From Alphaproteobacteria bacterium (lineage in GTDB: Bacteria; Pseudomonadota; Alphaproteobacteria; CAAGCB01; CAG-977), in assembly GCA_900768875.1 (NCBI GenBank), contig CAAGEP010000003.1, positions 333,298 to 397,297 on the forward strand: a stretch of 64,000 nt of DNA, written 5' to 3'. Made by a program: the position numbers and the translations under genes. The notes under the pieces were generated by a model, which worked only from the letters and a program-made list of their open reading frames with translations, was not told the DNA's origin and ran no database searches. This document shows, piece by piece, positions 9,366-19,351 of the stretch (position 1 is the stretch's first letter; the number at the start of each line of letters is the position of its first letter).

Positions 9366-11444
9366 ATGCGCCCCGAAATTTTATACCCGTACTTTGCCGC
9401 TTTGGACAGCGTTGCGGGCATTGGCAAAAAAACAGCCGCTTTGTGCGAAAAGCTGGGGTGCAAAGTCGTTTTCGACTTGTTGGCGCACATGCCGACGGGC
9501 GTTATCGACCGCCGATTGAAAACAACGATTGCCGACGCCCCCGAAAACAGCGTCGCCACTATCGAAGTCACCGCCGTCGAACACCGCAAACCCGCCACGC
9601 GAAAAAGCCCTTACCGCGTGTTATGCCGCGACGAAACGGGTGAAATCGCCGTCATCTTTTTTCACGCATACGGCGATTACCCCGCCCAAGCCCTGCCCTT
9701 GAATCAAGTGCGCCTGATCAGCGGCAAGGTCGAACGGGCAAACGGCTTTGCCCAAATGCTGCATCCGGACTATATCGTGTCCCCGTCCGATTTGGACAAA
9801 ATTCCGGCGATAGAATGTGTTTATCCGCTGACCGCGGGACTGTCGGGCAAGGTGTTGAACAAAGCCGTCCGCAGCGAACTGGACAAGCTGCCGACGCTTC
9901 CCGAATGGCAGGACACCGCCATGACGGCGCGCGAAAAATGGCCACCGTTCAACACCGCTTTGACAACCCTTCACGCCCCGAAAAACGAAAACGATTTAGC
10001 CGCTCTGCCCGCCGCCCGCGCCCGTTTGGCATACGACGAACTGCTTGCGAACCAGTTGGCGCTGGCTTTGGTCAGAAAAAATATGAAAAAACTGGCAGGC
10101 AGACAAATCAAAGGAAACGGAAAAATCCGCAAACACGTTCTTGACGGTTTAAACTTTTCGCTTACAGGCGCACAAATCCGCGTCTTAAAAGAAATCAACG
10201 CCGATATGGAATCATCGGACAGGATGTTGCGTTTGGTGCAGGGCGATGTCGGTAGCGGCAAGACTTTGGTCGCCCTGTTTGCCATGCTGAACGCCGTTGA
10301 AGCGGGAACGCAAGCCGCTTTGATGGCGCCGACGGACATCTTGGCAAACCAGCACTTTGCGACACTGCAAAAATTCGCGGGCGACGCCGTCAACATCGTC
10401 CTGTTGACGGGGCGGGACAAGGGCAAAAAGCGGCAGGAGATTTTGGACAAAATTTCGTCGGGACAAGCCGACATCATCGTTGGCACGCACGCCCTTTTTT
10501 CCGAAGACGTGACTTTCAAGGATTTGGCGCTGACCGTCATTGACGAACAGCACAAATTCGGCGTGCATCAGCGCTTGAGCTTATCCGAAAAAGGAACGAA
10601 AAGCGATATGCTGGTGATGACGGCGACCCCTATTCCGCGCACACTCGCCCTTACTTGTTACGGGGACATGGACGTGTCGCAGATTGACGAACTGCCGCCG
10701 GGGCGCAAGGAAATCGCCACGCGCGTTCTGCCCGCCGCCCGACTGGACGAAGTCGCCGCCGCTTTGGGGCGGTCGCTGGCGGACGGCAACAAAGCGTATT
10801 GGGTTTGCCCGTTGGTTGAAGAAAGCGAAAAAATCGACCTTGCCGCCGCGGAACAGCGGTTTGAATACTTGTCGCGGCTTTATCCGAACCGCGTCGGACT
10901 GGTTCACGGCAAGATGAAAAGCGCGGAAAAAGACGCGATTATGCAAAAATTCGCAGGCAACGAACTGGATATTCTGGTCGCTACGACGGTTATCGAAGTC
11001 GGCGTGGACGTTCCCGCCGCGACCGTCATGGTCATCGAACATTCGGAACGGTTCGGGCTGGCTCAACTGCACCAGTTGCGCGGACGCATCGGACGCGGGC
11101 AAAAAGCGTCCACTTGTTTATTGCTTTACACCGATCCGCTGGGCGAAACCGCAAAAGCCCGCCTGACCGCCATGCGCGAAACGCAAGACGGCTTTAAAAT
11201 CGCGGAACAGGATTTGATTCTGCGCGGCGCGGGCGAAGTGCTGGGAACGAAACAAAGCGGATTGCCCGAATTTAAAATCGCGGATTTGGCGGCACACACG
11301 GATTTGTTGAAAATGGCAAGCAACGACGCCAAATATATAATGAATATAGATCCCGAATTGAAGTCGGAACGGGGAAAAGCTCTGCGCGTGCTTTTATATC
11401 TGTTCGGCAAAGACGAAGCCGTCAAAGCTTTGAAAGCGGGATAA
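9366..11444 (+). CDS. recG: ATP-dependent DNA helicase RecG
   Basis: 692 aa; wedge domain plus helicase motifs (GDVGSGKT, DEQHKFGV, QLHQLRGRIGRG). Divergent from mfd. Confidence 0.9.
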   Translation: MRPEILYPYFAALDSVAGIGKKTAALCEKLGCKVVFDLLAHMPTGVIDRRLKTTIADAPENSVATIEVTAVEHRKPATRKSPYRVLCRDETGEIAVIFFHAYGDYPAQALPLNQVRLISGKVERANGFAQMLHPDYIVSPSDLDKIPAIECVYPLTAGLSGKVLNKAVRSELDKLPTLPEWQDTAMTAREKWPPFNTALTTLHAPKNENDLAALPAARARLAYDELLANQLALALVRKNMKKLAGRQIKGNGKIRKHVLDGLNFSLTGAQIRVLKEINADMESSDRMLRLVQGDVGSGKTLVALFAMLNAVEAGTQAALMAPTDILANQHFATLQKFAGDAVNIVLLTGRDKGKKRQEILDKISSGQADIIVGTHALFSEDVTFKDLALTVIDEQHKFGVHQRLSLSEKGTKSDMLVMTATPIPRTLALTCYGDMDVSQIDELPPGRKEIATRVLPAARLDEVAAALGRSLADGNKAYWVCPLVEESEKIDLAAAEQRFEYLSRLYPNRVGLVHGKMKSAEKDAIMQKFAGNELDILVATTVIEVGVDVPAATVMVIEHSERFGLAQLHQLRGRIGRGQKASTCLLLYTDPLGETAKARLTAMRETQDGFKIAEQDLILRGAGEVLGTKQSGLPEFKIADLAAHTDLLKMASNDAKYIMNIDPELKSERGKALRVLLYLFGKDEAVKALKAG

Positions 11445-11454
11445 AATCCCCCGT

Positions 11455-11706
11455 TTACCAAATAAAACGGACGTTTGCCGACGCTTTGACCGCTATGCTG
11501 GACGGCGGCAATCCCGTGTTGCAAAAACAGGCTTTGCACGTCCGAAGGAAGACCGCACGGTTACTTTGCCCGTGGGGATGGAAATCGGGGCAAAAGCGGC
11601 CGTGCGTCTGACAAACGCGGTCAAAGTGTCGCTTTCCTATGACAGCACGTTCAAGGAACACTACCAAGACCATACAGGGTTGCTGAACGTCAAGCCCGAG
11701 TTCTGA
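11455..11706 (+). pseudogene. decayed C-terminal beta-barrel remnant of an autotransporter paralog
   Basis: In-frame translation ...TFADALTAMLDGGNPVLAKTGFARPKEDRTVTLPVGMEIGAKAAVRLTNAVKVSLSYDSTFKEHYQDHTGLLNVKPEF* aligns with the extreme C-terminus of the autotransporter at 45426..48764 (...ENRTVTLPDG...IALTYDGKFKKDYQDHTGMVNLKIKF*). No N-terminal passenger or signal is present, and there are internal deletions. Confidence 0.6.
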
Positions 11707-11708
11707 GC

Positions 11709-12695
11709 TTACCGTTTTTCCAAGTATGACATCGGGTCGACGGCTTTTGTTCCGCGGCGGATTTCAAAGTGCAGCTGCGGTTCTTTGGCGTTGCCCGTTT
11801 TACCCGCTTTTGCCATCGGCTGACCGCGTTTGACGGTGTCGCCGCGCTTGACCAGAAATTCTTTGTTATGGGCATAGGCGGTAATCCAGCCGTCAGCATG
11901 CTTGACCAACAGCAGATTGCCGAATCCTTTCAGTTCGTTGCCGGCGTAAGCCACGACGCCGTTTTCCGCGGCACGGACAAAAGTTCCTTCGGCGACTTTG
12001 ATATTGATGCCGTCGTTATGCCGTCCCCCGCCCGCCGAACCGAATTTGTTCATCACCGTTCCGTTGACGGGCCAAGCGAATTTGGCTTTTGCGCGATCGG
12101 GCGGCGTCGGCAGACGCGCCGCCGTTTTGCGGGTCGATTTCCGACCCGTTTTTGTTTGCTTCGGCGCCGATTTCGCCGTATTTCTGGCAGCTGTTTGAGT
12201 CGGCTGCTTTTTCAAAGAAATCCAATGTTCCGTCGGTTCGACAACCGATCCCGGAAGCTTTAAAATCTGCCCCAGATAAATCGAATACGGCGCGTACAAA
12301 TTGTTGGTGCGGGTCAGCACGCTCATATCCACATTATAGCGGCGCGAAATGCTGTAAATCGTATCGCCTTTTTGAACGATATGGACGGACGGCGCGGGCA
12401 GACGCAAGCGCGCCCCTTTTGACAAGATAAACGGCGGTTTAAGGTTGTTGACCTCAATCATCGAACGGATGGGGACGTTGTAGCGGCGGGACAGCGAATA
12501 AACGGTATCGCCCTTATGCACCGTTATAAAAGACGGGGACAAGCTTTGAACCCGGTATTGTTCGCGGTAATAGGGCGAATTCTGCGCTTTGACGGGGGCG
12601 TAATAGCCGCCGCGGTTCAGCGCGACGCCCGAACATCCCGCCAAAACGGCAAGCATCGCGGCATATCCGACAATTCGTTTAAAATCCCATTCCAT
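11709..12695 (-). CDS. LysM-domain M23 family murein endopeptidase (NlpD-like)
   Basis: 328 aa; signal/lipoprotein N-terminus, two LysM repeats (GDTxYSxSRRYNV), C-terminal M23 peptidase domain (HNDGINI...GNLLLVKHADGWITAYAH). Confidence 0.8.
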   Translation of the reverse strand: MEWDFKRIVGYAAMLAVLAGCSGVALNRGGYYAPVKAQNSPYYREQYRVQSLSPSFITVHKGDTVYSLSRRYNVPIRSMIEVNNLKPPFILSKGARLRLPAPSVHIVQKGDTIYSISRRYNVDMSVLTRTNNLYAPYSIYLGQILKLPGSVVEPTEHWISLKKQPTQTAARNTAKSAPKQTKTGRKSTRKTAARLPTPPDRAKAKFAWPVNGTVMNKFGSAGGGRHNDGINIKVAEGTFVRAAENGVVAYAGNELKGFGNLLLVKHADGWITAYAHNKEFLVKRGDTVKRGQPMAKAGKTGNAKEPQLHFEIRRGTKAVDPMSYLEKR

Positions 12696-12815
12696 TTCAA
12701 AGCACCGTTGTCCAAACCGCTTTAGAATAGCCGTAAAAGGTTTAGAAATTTTTAATCTTGGTTTTGAAAGAAAAATCGGCTAAAATCCGCCCGTTTCTTG
12801 AGGAAAGGAAGTCTG

Positions 12816-15395
12816 ATGACCGCATCGCCCGAAACCGTTTTCGCCAAAGATTACAAACGCCCCGCTTATCAAATCGAAAGCGTCGGGCTGACGTTTGATT
12901 TGGGCTTTGAGCATACCGAAGCCGTCGCCGAAATGCGCGTTCGCCGCGCATCGGAAACGCCCGAAAAAACACCGCTGTTTTTAAACGGCGACGAGCTGAC
13001 TTTGCAAAGCGTCGCGATTGACGGCAGGGCGTTAAGCGGCGGCGAATACGCACTGTCCGACGACGGTTTGACGATTTTCAATCCGCCCGAAAACTTTACG
13101 CTGACCGTCAAAACGCTTCTCAACCCCGCGGCAAACACCAAACTGCAAGGGCTCTACGCGTCGGACGGAATCTTGTGTACCAAGTGTGAAACCCACGGTT
13201 TCCGCCGCATTACCTACTTTCCGGACCGCCCCGACGTGATGCCCGTCTGGCGCACGACGCTGATTGCCGATAAAACCGATTTTCCGACTCTGGTTTCCAA
13301 CGGCAACAAGGAAGAAGCCGCAGACTTGCCCGACGGACGGCACAAAGCGGTGTTTTTCGATCCCGTGCCGAAAGCGTGCTACTTGTACGCCGTTGTCGCG
13401 GGCAATCTGGACAGGCGGCAGGACAGCTTTGTGACCCGATCGGGACGCAAGGTCGAACTGAATGTCTTTGTCGAGGCGGGCAAAGGCGACATGACCGCTT
13501 ACGCTTTGGAATCGCTGAAACGTGCAATGAAATGGGACGAAGACACGTTCGGGCGCGAATACGACCACGATGTTTTCAACATTGTCGCGGTGTCGAATTT
13601 CAATTCGGGCGCGTGCGAAAACACGTCTTTAAACATCTTCAACGACAAATATGTGCTTGCCGACCCCGCCAAAGCGACGGATGCGGATTACGCCAACATC
13701 GAAGGCGTCATCGCGCACGAGTATTTTCACAACTGGTCGGGCAATCGCGTTACTTTGCGCGACTGGTTCGATTTGACGCTGAAAGAAGGATTGACCGTCT
13801 ACCGCGATCAAGAATTTTCGTCCGACATGCGGTCGCGCGCCGTTAAACGGATAGAGGACGTTGCGGCGTTGCGCGCGTTCCAGTTCCCGCAGGACGCAAG
13901 CCCCCTCGCCCACCCGATACGTCCCGATTCCTATATTTCCGTGCGTTCGCTTTACACCACAACCGTTTACGACAAAGGCGCGGAAGTCATCCGCATGATG
14001 GCGCGCATGGCGGGCAAAGACAAATTCCGCAAAGGCATGGATTTGTACTTTTCCCGCAACGACGGCAAAGCGGTGACGTGTCACGACTTTGTCGCGGCGA
14101 TTGCCGACAGCGCGGATTTGGACTTAAAGCAATTCGAGGATACCTGGTATCATCAGGCGGGGACGCCCGCGGTAACCGCTTCGGGCGTTTATGACGCAAA
14201 GAACAAAACATACGCGCTGACCTTGCGGCAATCAACGCCCGCGACACCGAATCAACCCGTCAAGCGTCCTTTTGTCATTCCTTTGCAAATCGGGCTGATG
14301 GATAAAAACGGCAAAGACATGGCGGATAAAATCGTCGTTTTGACCGAATCCGAACAGACTTTCGTGTTTGAAAACATCCCCGAAAGCCCCGTTTTATCAG
14401 GCAACCGCGGCTTTACCGCGCCGATTTGGTTCAAAGCCGATTACTCCCCAGAACAGCGGGCTTTGCTGATGGCAAAAGATACCGATTTGTTCAACCGCTG
14501 GGACGCGGGACAGCAATTCGCAACCGATATTTTATTGGCTTTGGTCAAAGACCCCGCCGCCCCCGTTCCGCCCGCTTTCATAAACGCGCTAAGGGGATAT
14601 TTGACCGATGAAATGCCGGACAAAGCCTTTGTCGCCAAAGCTTTCATCCTGCCGTCCGAACGCATGCTGGCGGAACAAACGGAAGTGATTGACGTTGACG
14701 CGATTCATCGGGCGCGGGAAGCGTTGCGCCGCCATATCGCCGCCGCATTGAAAGACGAACTGCTTGCCGTTTACAACGCCAACAAAACGGACGGCGCTTA
14801 TATCCCGAACGCGGAAGATTCGGGCAAGCGCGCCGTTAAAAATACGGCGTTGGCGTATTTAAGCCTGCTTGACGACACATTGGCGCAAAAACAGTACCGT
14901 TCGGCGGCGCAGATGACCGACAAAGAAGCCGCCGTCCGCGTGTTTGCAGGCAAAGATTCGCCGCAAGCCCAAGCGATTATGGACGACTTTTACCAAACAT
15001 ACAAAAAAGACTCTTTGGTCGTCGACAAATGGCTGACAATGCAGGCGACGGCGAACGAAAATGCGCTTTCCACCGTCAAAAAGCTGTTGCGCCACGAAGC
15101 GTTTTCCATAACCAACCCGAACAAAGTCCGCGCGCTTATCGGCGCGTTTACCGCCAATCCGACGGCGCTGCACAAAGCGGACGGTTCGGGCTATGACTTC
15201 ATCGTTGAACAAACGCTTGCCGTTGACAAAATCAATCCGCAAATCGCGGCGACCATCCCTGTTGCTTTGGGAAAGTGGAAAAAATTCGACACACGGCGGC
15301 AGACGTTGATGAAAAACGCCCTTGTTCGCCTGATGAACACGCCCGATTTATCGCCGAACACTTTTGAAATCGTGTCAAAGTCGCTGAAAGGATAA
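12816..15395 (+). CDS. pepN: aminopeptidase N
   Basis: ~859 aa; HEYFHNW...E zinc motif (HExxH+E), GAMEN-like region; ATG at 12816 preceded by GAGGAAAGGAAG. The ORF-track start at 12798 is a TTG extension. Confidence 0.85.
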   Translation: MTASPETVFAKDYKRPAYQIESVGLTFDLGFEHTEAVAEMRVRRASETPEKTPLFLNGDELTLQSVAIDGRALSGGEYALSDDGLTIFNPPENFTLTVKTLLNPAANTKLQGLYASDGILCTKCETHGFRRITYFPDRPDVMPVWRTTLIADKTDFPTLVSNGNKEEAADLPDGRHKAVFFDPVPKACYLYAVVAGNLDRRQDSFVTRSGRKVELNVFVEAGKGDMTAYALESLKRAMKWDEDTFGREYDHDVFNIVAVSNFNSGACENTSLNIFNDKYVLADPAKATDADYANIEGVIAHEYFHNWSGNRVTLRDWFDLTLKEGLTVYRDQEFSSDMRSRAVKRIEDVAALRAFQFPQDASPLAHPIRPDSYISVRSLYTTTVYDKGAEVIRMMARMAGKDKFRKGMDLYFSRNDGKAVTCHDFVAAIADSADLDLKQFEDTWYHQAGTPAVTASGVYDAKNKTYALTLRQSTPATPNQPVKRPFVIPLQIGLMDKNGKDMADKIVVLTESEQTFVFENIPESPVLSGNRGFTAPIWFKADYSPEQRALLMAKDTDLFNRWDAGQQFATDILLALVKDPAAPVPPAFINALRGYLTDEMPDKAFVAKAFILPSERMLAEQTEVIDVDAIHRAREALRRHIAAALKDELLAVYNANKTDGAYIPNAEDSGKRAVKNTALAYLSLLDDTLAQKQYRSAAQMTDKEAAVRVFAGKDSPQAQAIMDDFYQTYKKDSLVVDKWLTMQATANENALSTVKKLLRHEAFSITNPNKVRALIGAFTANPTALHKADGSGYDFIVEQTLAVDKINPQIAATIPVALGKWKKFDTRRQTLMKNALVRLMNTPDLSPNTFEIVSKSLKG

Positions 15396-15400
15396 CCCCC

Positions 15401-15886
15401 GTGAACAAAACCGTTTTGACAGGAATTATTTGCTTTGCGGCGGGGGCGGCGACGGTCGCTTTTGCCCCGCGGGAACGGCTTCCCCTGCCCTTGGAAGCCA
15501 AACTGACGTCACAGGGACGCGAAATCGTGCGCGATTTGGAACAAAAGCTGAATACGCTTGATTACGCCGATGTTTTGGCGGAACAAACAAAAATTCTGCA
15601 AGCCCTTGCCCAAAAACAGCCCGACTTGGCACAGGCGGAAACTTATGCCGCCGTTCTGCGCGAAAAGCAAGCCGAACTGCAATCCGCCGCTTTGCGTGCG
15701 GAAATCGGGGAAATCGCAAAAATGCCCCTGTCCGACCGCGAAGCCTACCGCGCGTACCGTTTGAAGAACAAAGAGGCTTTGAAACGGCAAATTCTGCTGA
15801 TTCCTTTGCTGATTGAAGCGGATTTGGAACCGTCGGGCGACCGTCCGCGCGACAAAATCTTTAGAAAAATCGGGAAAATCCAATGA
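15401..15886 (+). CDS. hypothetical membrane-anchored protein
   Basis: 161 aa; GTG start, one N-terminal TM/signal segment then a helical charged region; 4-nt overlap with ybaK. Confidence 0.4.
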   Translation: MNKTVLTGIICFAAGAATVAFAPRERLPLPLEAKLTSQGREIVRDLEQKLNTLDYADVLAEQTKILQALAQKQPDLAQAETYAAVLREKQAELQSAALRAEIGEIAKMPLSDREAYRAYRLKNKEALKRQILLIPLLIEADLEPSGDRPRDKIFRKIGKIQ

Positions 15887-16365
15887 CTGCGTTAAAGAAA
15901 ACCAATGCCATGCGCCTGTTGGAACAGGCTAAAGTGCCTTTTGAATTTTACGAATACGAAACGACTGACGGAAAAATCGATGCCAAATCCGTCGCCGCCA
16001 AAATCGGACAAGCCCCCGAACAGGTGTTCAAAACGCTTGTGACTCAATCGCCGACGCACGAACACTTTGTTTTTGTCGTTCCGTCTATCGGCGAATTGGA
16101 CTTGAAAAAAGCCGCCAAGGCCGCAGGACAAAAAAGCATCGAGATGATAGCCCAAAAACAGCTGTTGCCGTTGACGGGATACGTTCACGGCGGATGTTCG
16201 CCCGTCGGCATGAAAAAGCCGTTTCCGACGTTCATCGACGAAACGGCTCTGCTGTACGACAAATTCTGCATCAGCGCGGGCAAAGTCGGCGTGAACTTGA
16301 GCTTAGCCCCGCAGGACGTCGCCGCGTATTTAGACGCTCAGTTTGTCGATTTGCTCAAAGGCTGA
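15883..16365 (+). CDS. ybaK: Cys-tRNA(Pro)/Cys-tRNA(Cys) deacylase YbaK family
   Basis: 160 aa; YbaK/ProX deacylase fold signature (HGGCSPVG). Confidence 0.75.
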   Translation: MTALKKTNAMRLLEQAKVPFEFYEYETTDGKIDAKSVAAKIGQAPEQVFKTLVTQSPTHEHFVFVVPSIGELDLKKAAKAAGQKSIEMIAQKQLLPLTGYVHGGCSPVGMKKPFPTFIDETALLYDKFCISAGKVGVNLSLAPQDVAAYLDAQFVDLLKG

Positions 16366-18731
16366 ACATATTCACGCACAATATCGGGTGTCGTCCACGG
16401 TCCTATAACGGACGGCAATACCTTTCCCGCCGGCGTTTTCGGTGAAAACAGCAGGTTTGCGGGCAGAAAATCCTTGCCTGTATTTTGCATAATCCGCCGC
16501 ACGAACGGATGTGTGTACGGAATTCCCATAACAATCAAACGACCGTCCGTAATGGCTTTCGCGCCGCCGCGGTACATAACCATCAGTCTGTTGATTTGAC
16601 AAATCAAACATCCGCTTTCCGTAACATTCAGATACACCGATTTTCCTTCGTCAACGGATCGGACGATTTCTTTTTCGTCAAACGGCCGCGCGCCGAGCGT
16701 GTTAAAGTCGTAACCGTTCGGCACAACAGGCAAAGCCAACAACCCTGCAACCGCCACGCCTGTCACAACCTTGCTTCTGTGGAAACGAAAGAAGCTCAGC
16801 ATTGCTAAAACGGAAAACATCACAAAAACAGCCATTCTGAGCCAGCCGCTTTGCAAACCGATTAACACCGTCAACAGCACGACTTGAACGACCAAAGGCA
16901 ACAGCATAAAGCCTTTCAGCGAACGGCACGGCTTTCCGTCCGTATCCGCAGACAAACCGTCAAACAACACCAGTATGATAAACACACCAAAGATTGCAAA
17001 CAAAAACAGCGGTATATAAACAAACGGGGATTGACTTATCAAAGAACGGAACTCGTAGCCCAATGAAATCAACGGCGTTGCCGTCAGCAGACCGCCACAC
17101 AGCAATCCTGCCAAAAGCCCCGCTTTTTCATTAACGTTAAAACGGTTCATTCCTTTGATTTGAGCGACAAAATTTTCATCAAACAACTTGGGAACGATAG
17201 CGCAGGCACAAAAAAACAGCAAAACAAACATCCCGTTTATCAAAGGCGAGGCAAATTGCATCCCCCAATAAAACGATTGAGGCAAAGCCATTCCGACAAC
17301 CGTCAAAACCGCATAAACCGGCAGTAAAATTTTCAAACTTTCCGCCAACCCGTCAAAAAACGCATCCGTTTTTTCAACAGATCTGTTTTTATCGTTCAAA
17401 ATCAAATAAGCCAGCATTAACAAAGCCGTCAGCAACGGTGTCAAAAGCAAAAACTTGATTCCCAAAATCAATGCGGAAATGCAACCGGAAAAAGTGGTTG
17501 TAAAACTATTGAATCCGATTCCGCCGACGGGAATGTCCATCGTAATTTCATCGGATTTGACAGCGTTGAAAAACGTCAATGTCAGCGGAATTTTTTCCTT
17601 GCCCTGTATTTTTTCCGGATTTTTCAAGCGAATTCGGTAAAGAACGCTTCCCCCTTCACTGCCCGTAAACGAATCGTCAAAGTGCAGACCTTTCGTATTT
17701 GTTATCATCAGTTGGGGGGTGTCCGAAAAAGAAAACGGCTTTTTGACGCGAACGGTCAAATCCGTTTTGCCGTCTTCCGTTTTGAAAAACGCATCCGTTA
17801 CATTGATTCCCGCCGCGCGGTTTGCCGGTGCGTTATAGCGCGTTCGGGTCAGTTCCGTACAGACGGAAGATTCCAAATAAGCGGGCTCTACGGTGTATTC
17901 AACGGACGGGAAAGTTTCAACGGCGCATTTTCCGTTGCGGCACACATTTGCGCTGACAACGGCGCGAATAACAGGCTTTTTGCCGTTTTTAATCTTGACC
18001 GTAAACGGCAGAACCGCTTCTGTTACATAACCGACCCCGTTGAATTCCGGCAAAAAATGCTGCAACGGATAGGACAAGGCACCGATATCGACATTTTCCG
18101 AACCGGAAAAGTCCACCGTTACAGGTGTTTTGATTTCACCTTCCTTTTGCTGTAGAATTACAGCGGATTTATCCAGCAAAATCATTGCGCCCATCAAGAT
18201 TTCGGGTTTGTTTTGCGTTCTGGCGCAGGAAGCCAGCATAACTGCGCCCGATTCCGTGTACACCGCGTCCGAAAAGAATTTTTCTTTGGAAAAATCGGAA
18301 AAGTAATCGTGAATGGTGCGATCGCCGATTGCAACATATTGAAAGTTTTTCCATGTTGACGAATCATCGTAATCAATCAGCAAATCGGAACGCCCCGGAT
18401 TTTGTTTTTCGATATCCCTGTTAATGCCTTCAATCAAATGACGGACATAACTTTCCATACTTTTGATTTTTGACGAAAGCCTTGCCAAAGTTTGAAATTT
18501 TGCGTCATTTTGAATCTCGTCGATTTTGACGATTTCATTGATGATTTCACCGTCCGTCGCTCCGATTGCTTTGTTTTTTTTATAAAAATCCAGCAAAAAC
18601 TTCAGTTTGTCTCCGCTGTCCAAGCTTTTGTATTCTTTCAAATCGCCCTGCGTAAACGGAATGACGTCGGCAACGGCGGCATTTGAAAAAACAATCAGCC
18701 ACGCAAAAAAAACAAAGCGAAACATTTTCAT
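16338..18731 (-). CDS. thiol:disulfide interchange protein DsbD/ScsB family with enlarged N-terminal periplasmic domain
   Basis: 797 aa; signal peptide, ~400-aa periplasmic N-domain, multi-TM core, C-terminal thioredoxin-like domain with a CLIC (CxxC) motif. Confidence 0.6.
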   Translation of the reverse strand: MKMFRFVFFAWLIVFSNAAVADVIPFTQGDLKEYKSLDSGDKLKFLLDFYKKNKAIGATDGEIINEIVKIDEIQNDAKFQTLARLSSKIKSMESYVRHLIEGINRDIEKQNPGRSDLLIDYDDSSTWKNFQYVAIGDRTIHDYFSDFSKEKFFSDAVYTESGAVMLASCARTQNKPEILMGAMILLDKSAVILQQKEGEIKTPVTVDFSGSENVDIGALSYPLQHFLPEFNGVGYVTEAVLPFTVKIKNGKKPVIRAVVSANVCRNGKCAVETFPSVEYTVEPAYLESSVCTELTRTRYNAPANRAAGINVTDAFFKTEDGKTDLTVRVKKPFSFSDTPQLMITNTKGLHFDDSFTGSEGGSVLYRIRLKNPEKIQGKEKIPLTLTFFNAVKSDEITMDIPVGGIGFNSFTTTFSGCISALILGIKFLLLTPLLTALLMLAYLILNDKNRSVEKTDAFFDGLAESLKILLPVYAVLTVVGMALPQSFYWGMQFASPLINGMFVLLFFCACAIVPKLFDENFVAQIKGMNRFNVNEKAGLLAGLLCGGLLTATPLISLGYEFRSLISQSPFVYIPLFLFAIFGVFIILVLFDGLSADTDGKPCRSLKGFMLLPLVVQVVLLTVLIGLQSGWLRMAVFVMFSVLAMLSFFRFHRSKVVTGVAVAGLLALPVVPNGYDFNTLGARPFDEKEIVRSVDEGKSVYLNVTESGCLICQINRLMVMYRGGAKAITDGRLIVMGIPYTHPFVRRIMQNTGKDFLPANLLFSPKTPAGKVLPSVIGPWTTPDIVREYVQPLSKSTN

Positions 18732-18796
18732 TTCCTTTAATTTATATTAACGTATTGACGATAACATATTTACCTGTGTTTTTAAACGAGGAAATC

Positions 18797-19351
18797 ATGG
18801 CGACGTTAAGCGGACAGTGTTTGGTGGCTATGCCTGGAATAGCGGACGAACGTTTTGAAAAAGCGGTCGTTTTTCTGTGCGCCCATTCGGAACAAGGCGC
18901 CATGGGATTGGTTGTCAACCAACCGATTTCCGACATTTCCTTTCAATCGCTTTTATCGCAGCTGAATATCGAACCGGCTTCCGAAACCGGCACAATCCCC
19001 GTTTTGGCCGGCGGTCCGATGGATGCCAACCGCGGCTTTGTCCTGCATTCCCCCGAATACACGGGAACGGCAACCCTGCCCGTCGGAACGCAAACGTCTT
19101 TGACGGTTACAACGGAAATTTTGCGCGATATTGCGCACGGCGGCGGCCCCAAAAGCTTTCTGATTATGCTTGGTTATGCGAATTGGGGCGCAGGACAACT
19201 GGAAGAAGAGCTGAAACAAAACGTATGGCTGCCCGTTTCAGCGTCCAACGATTTGCTGTTTGATTGGCGGTTGGAAAAGAAATGGGAATTCGCGCTGCGC
19301 GCTTTGGGAATCGACCCGCTGCGCCTGTCGGCGGAACAGGGAAAAGCCTAG
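18797..19351 (+). CDS. yqgE: YqgE/AlgH family protein (UPF0301)
   Basis: MATLSGQCLVAMPGIADERFEKAVVFLCAHSEQGAMGLVVNQP is diagnostic of YqgE/AlgH; ATG at 18797 (the ORF-track 18683 start is an extension). Confidence 0.75.
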   Translation: MATLSGQCLVAMPGIADERFEKAVVFLCAHSEQGAMGLVVNQPISDISFQSLLSQLNIEPASETGTIPVLAGGPMDANRGFVLHSPEYTGTATLPVGTQTSLTVTTEILRDIAHGGGPKSFLIMLGYANWGAGQLEEELKQNVWLPVSASNDLLFDWRLEKKWEFALRALGIDPLRLSAEQGKA

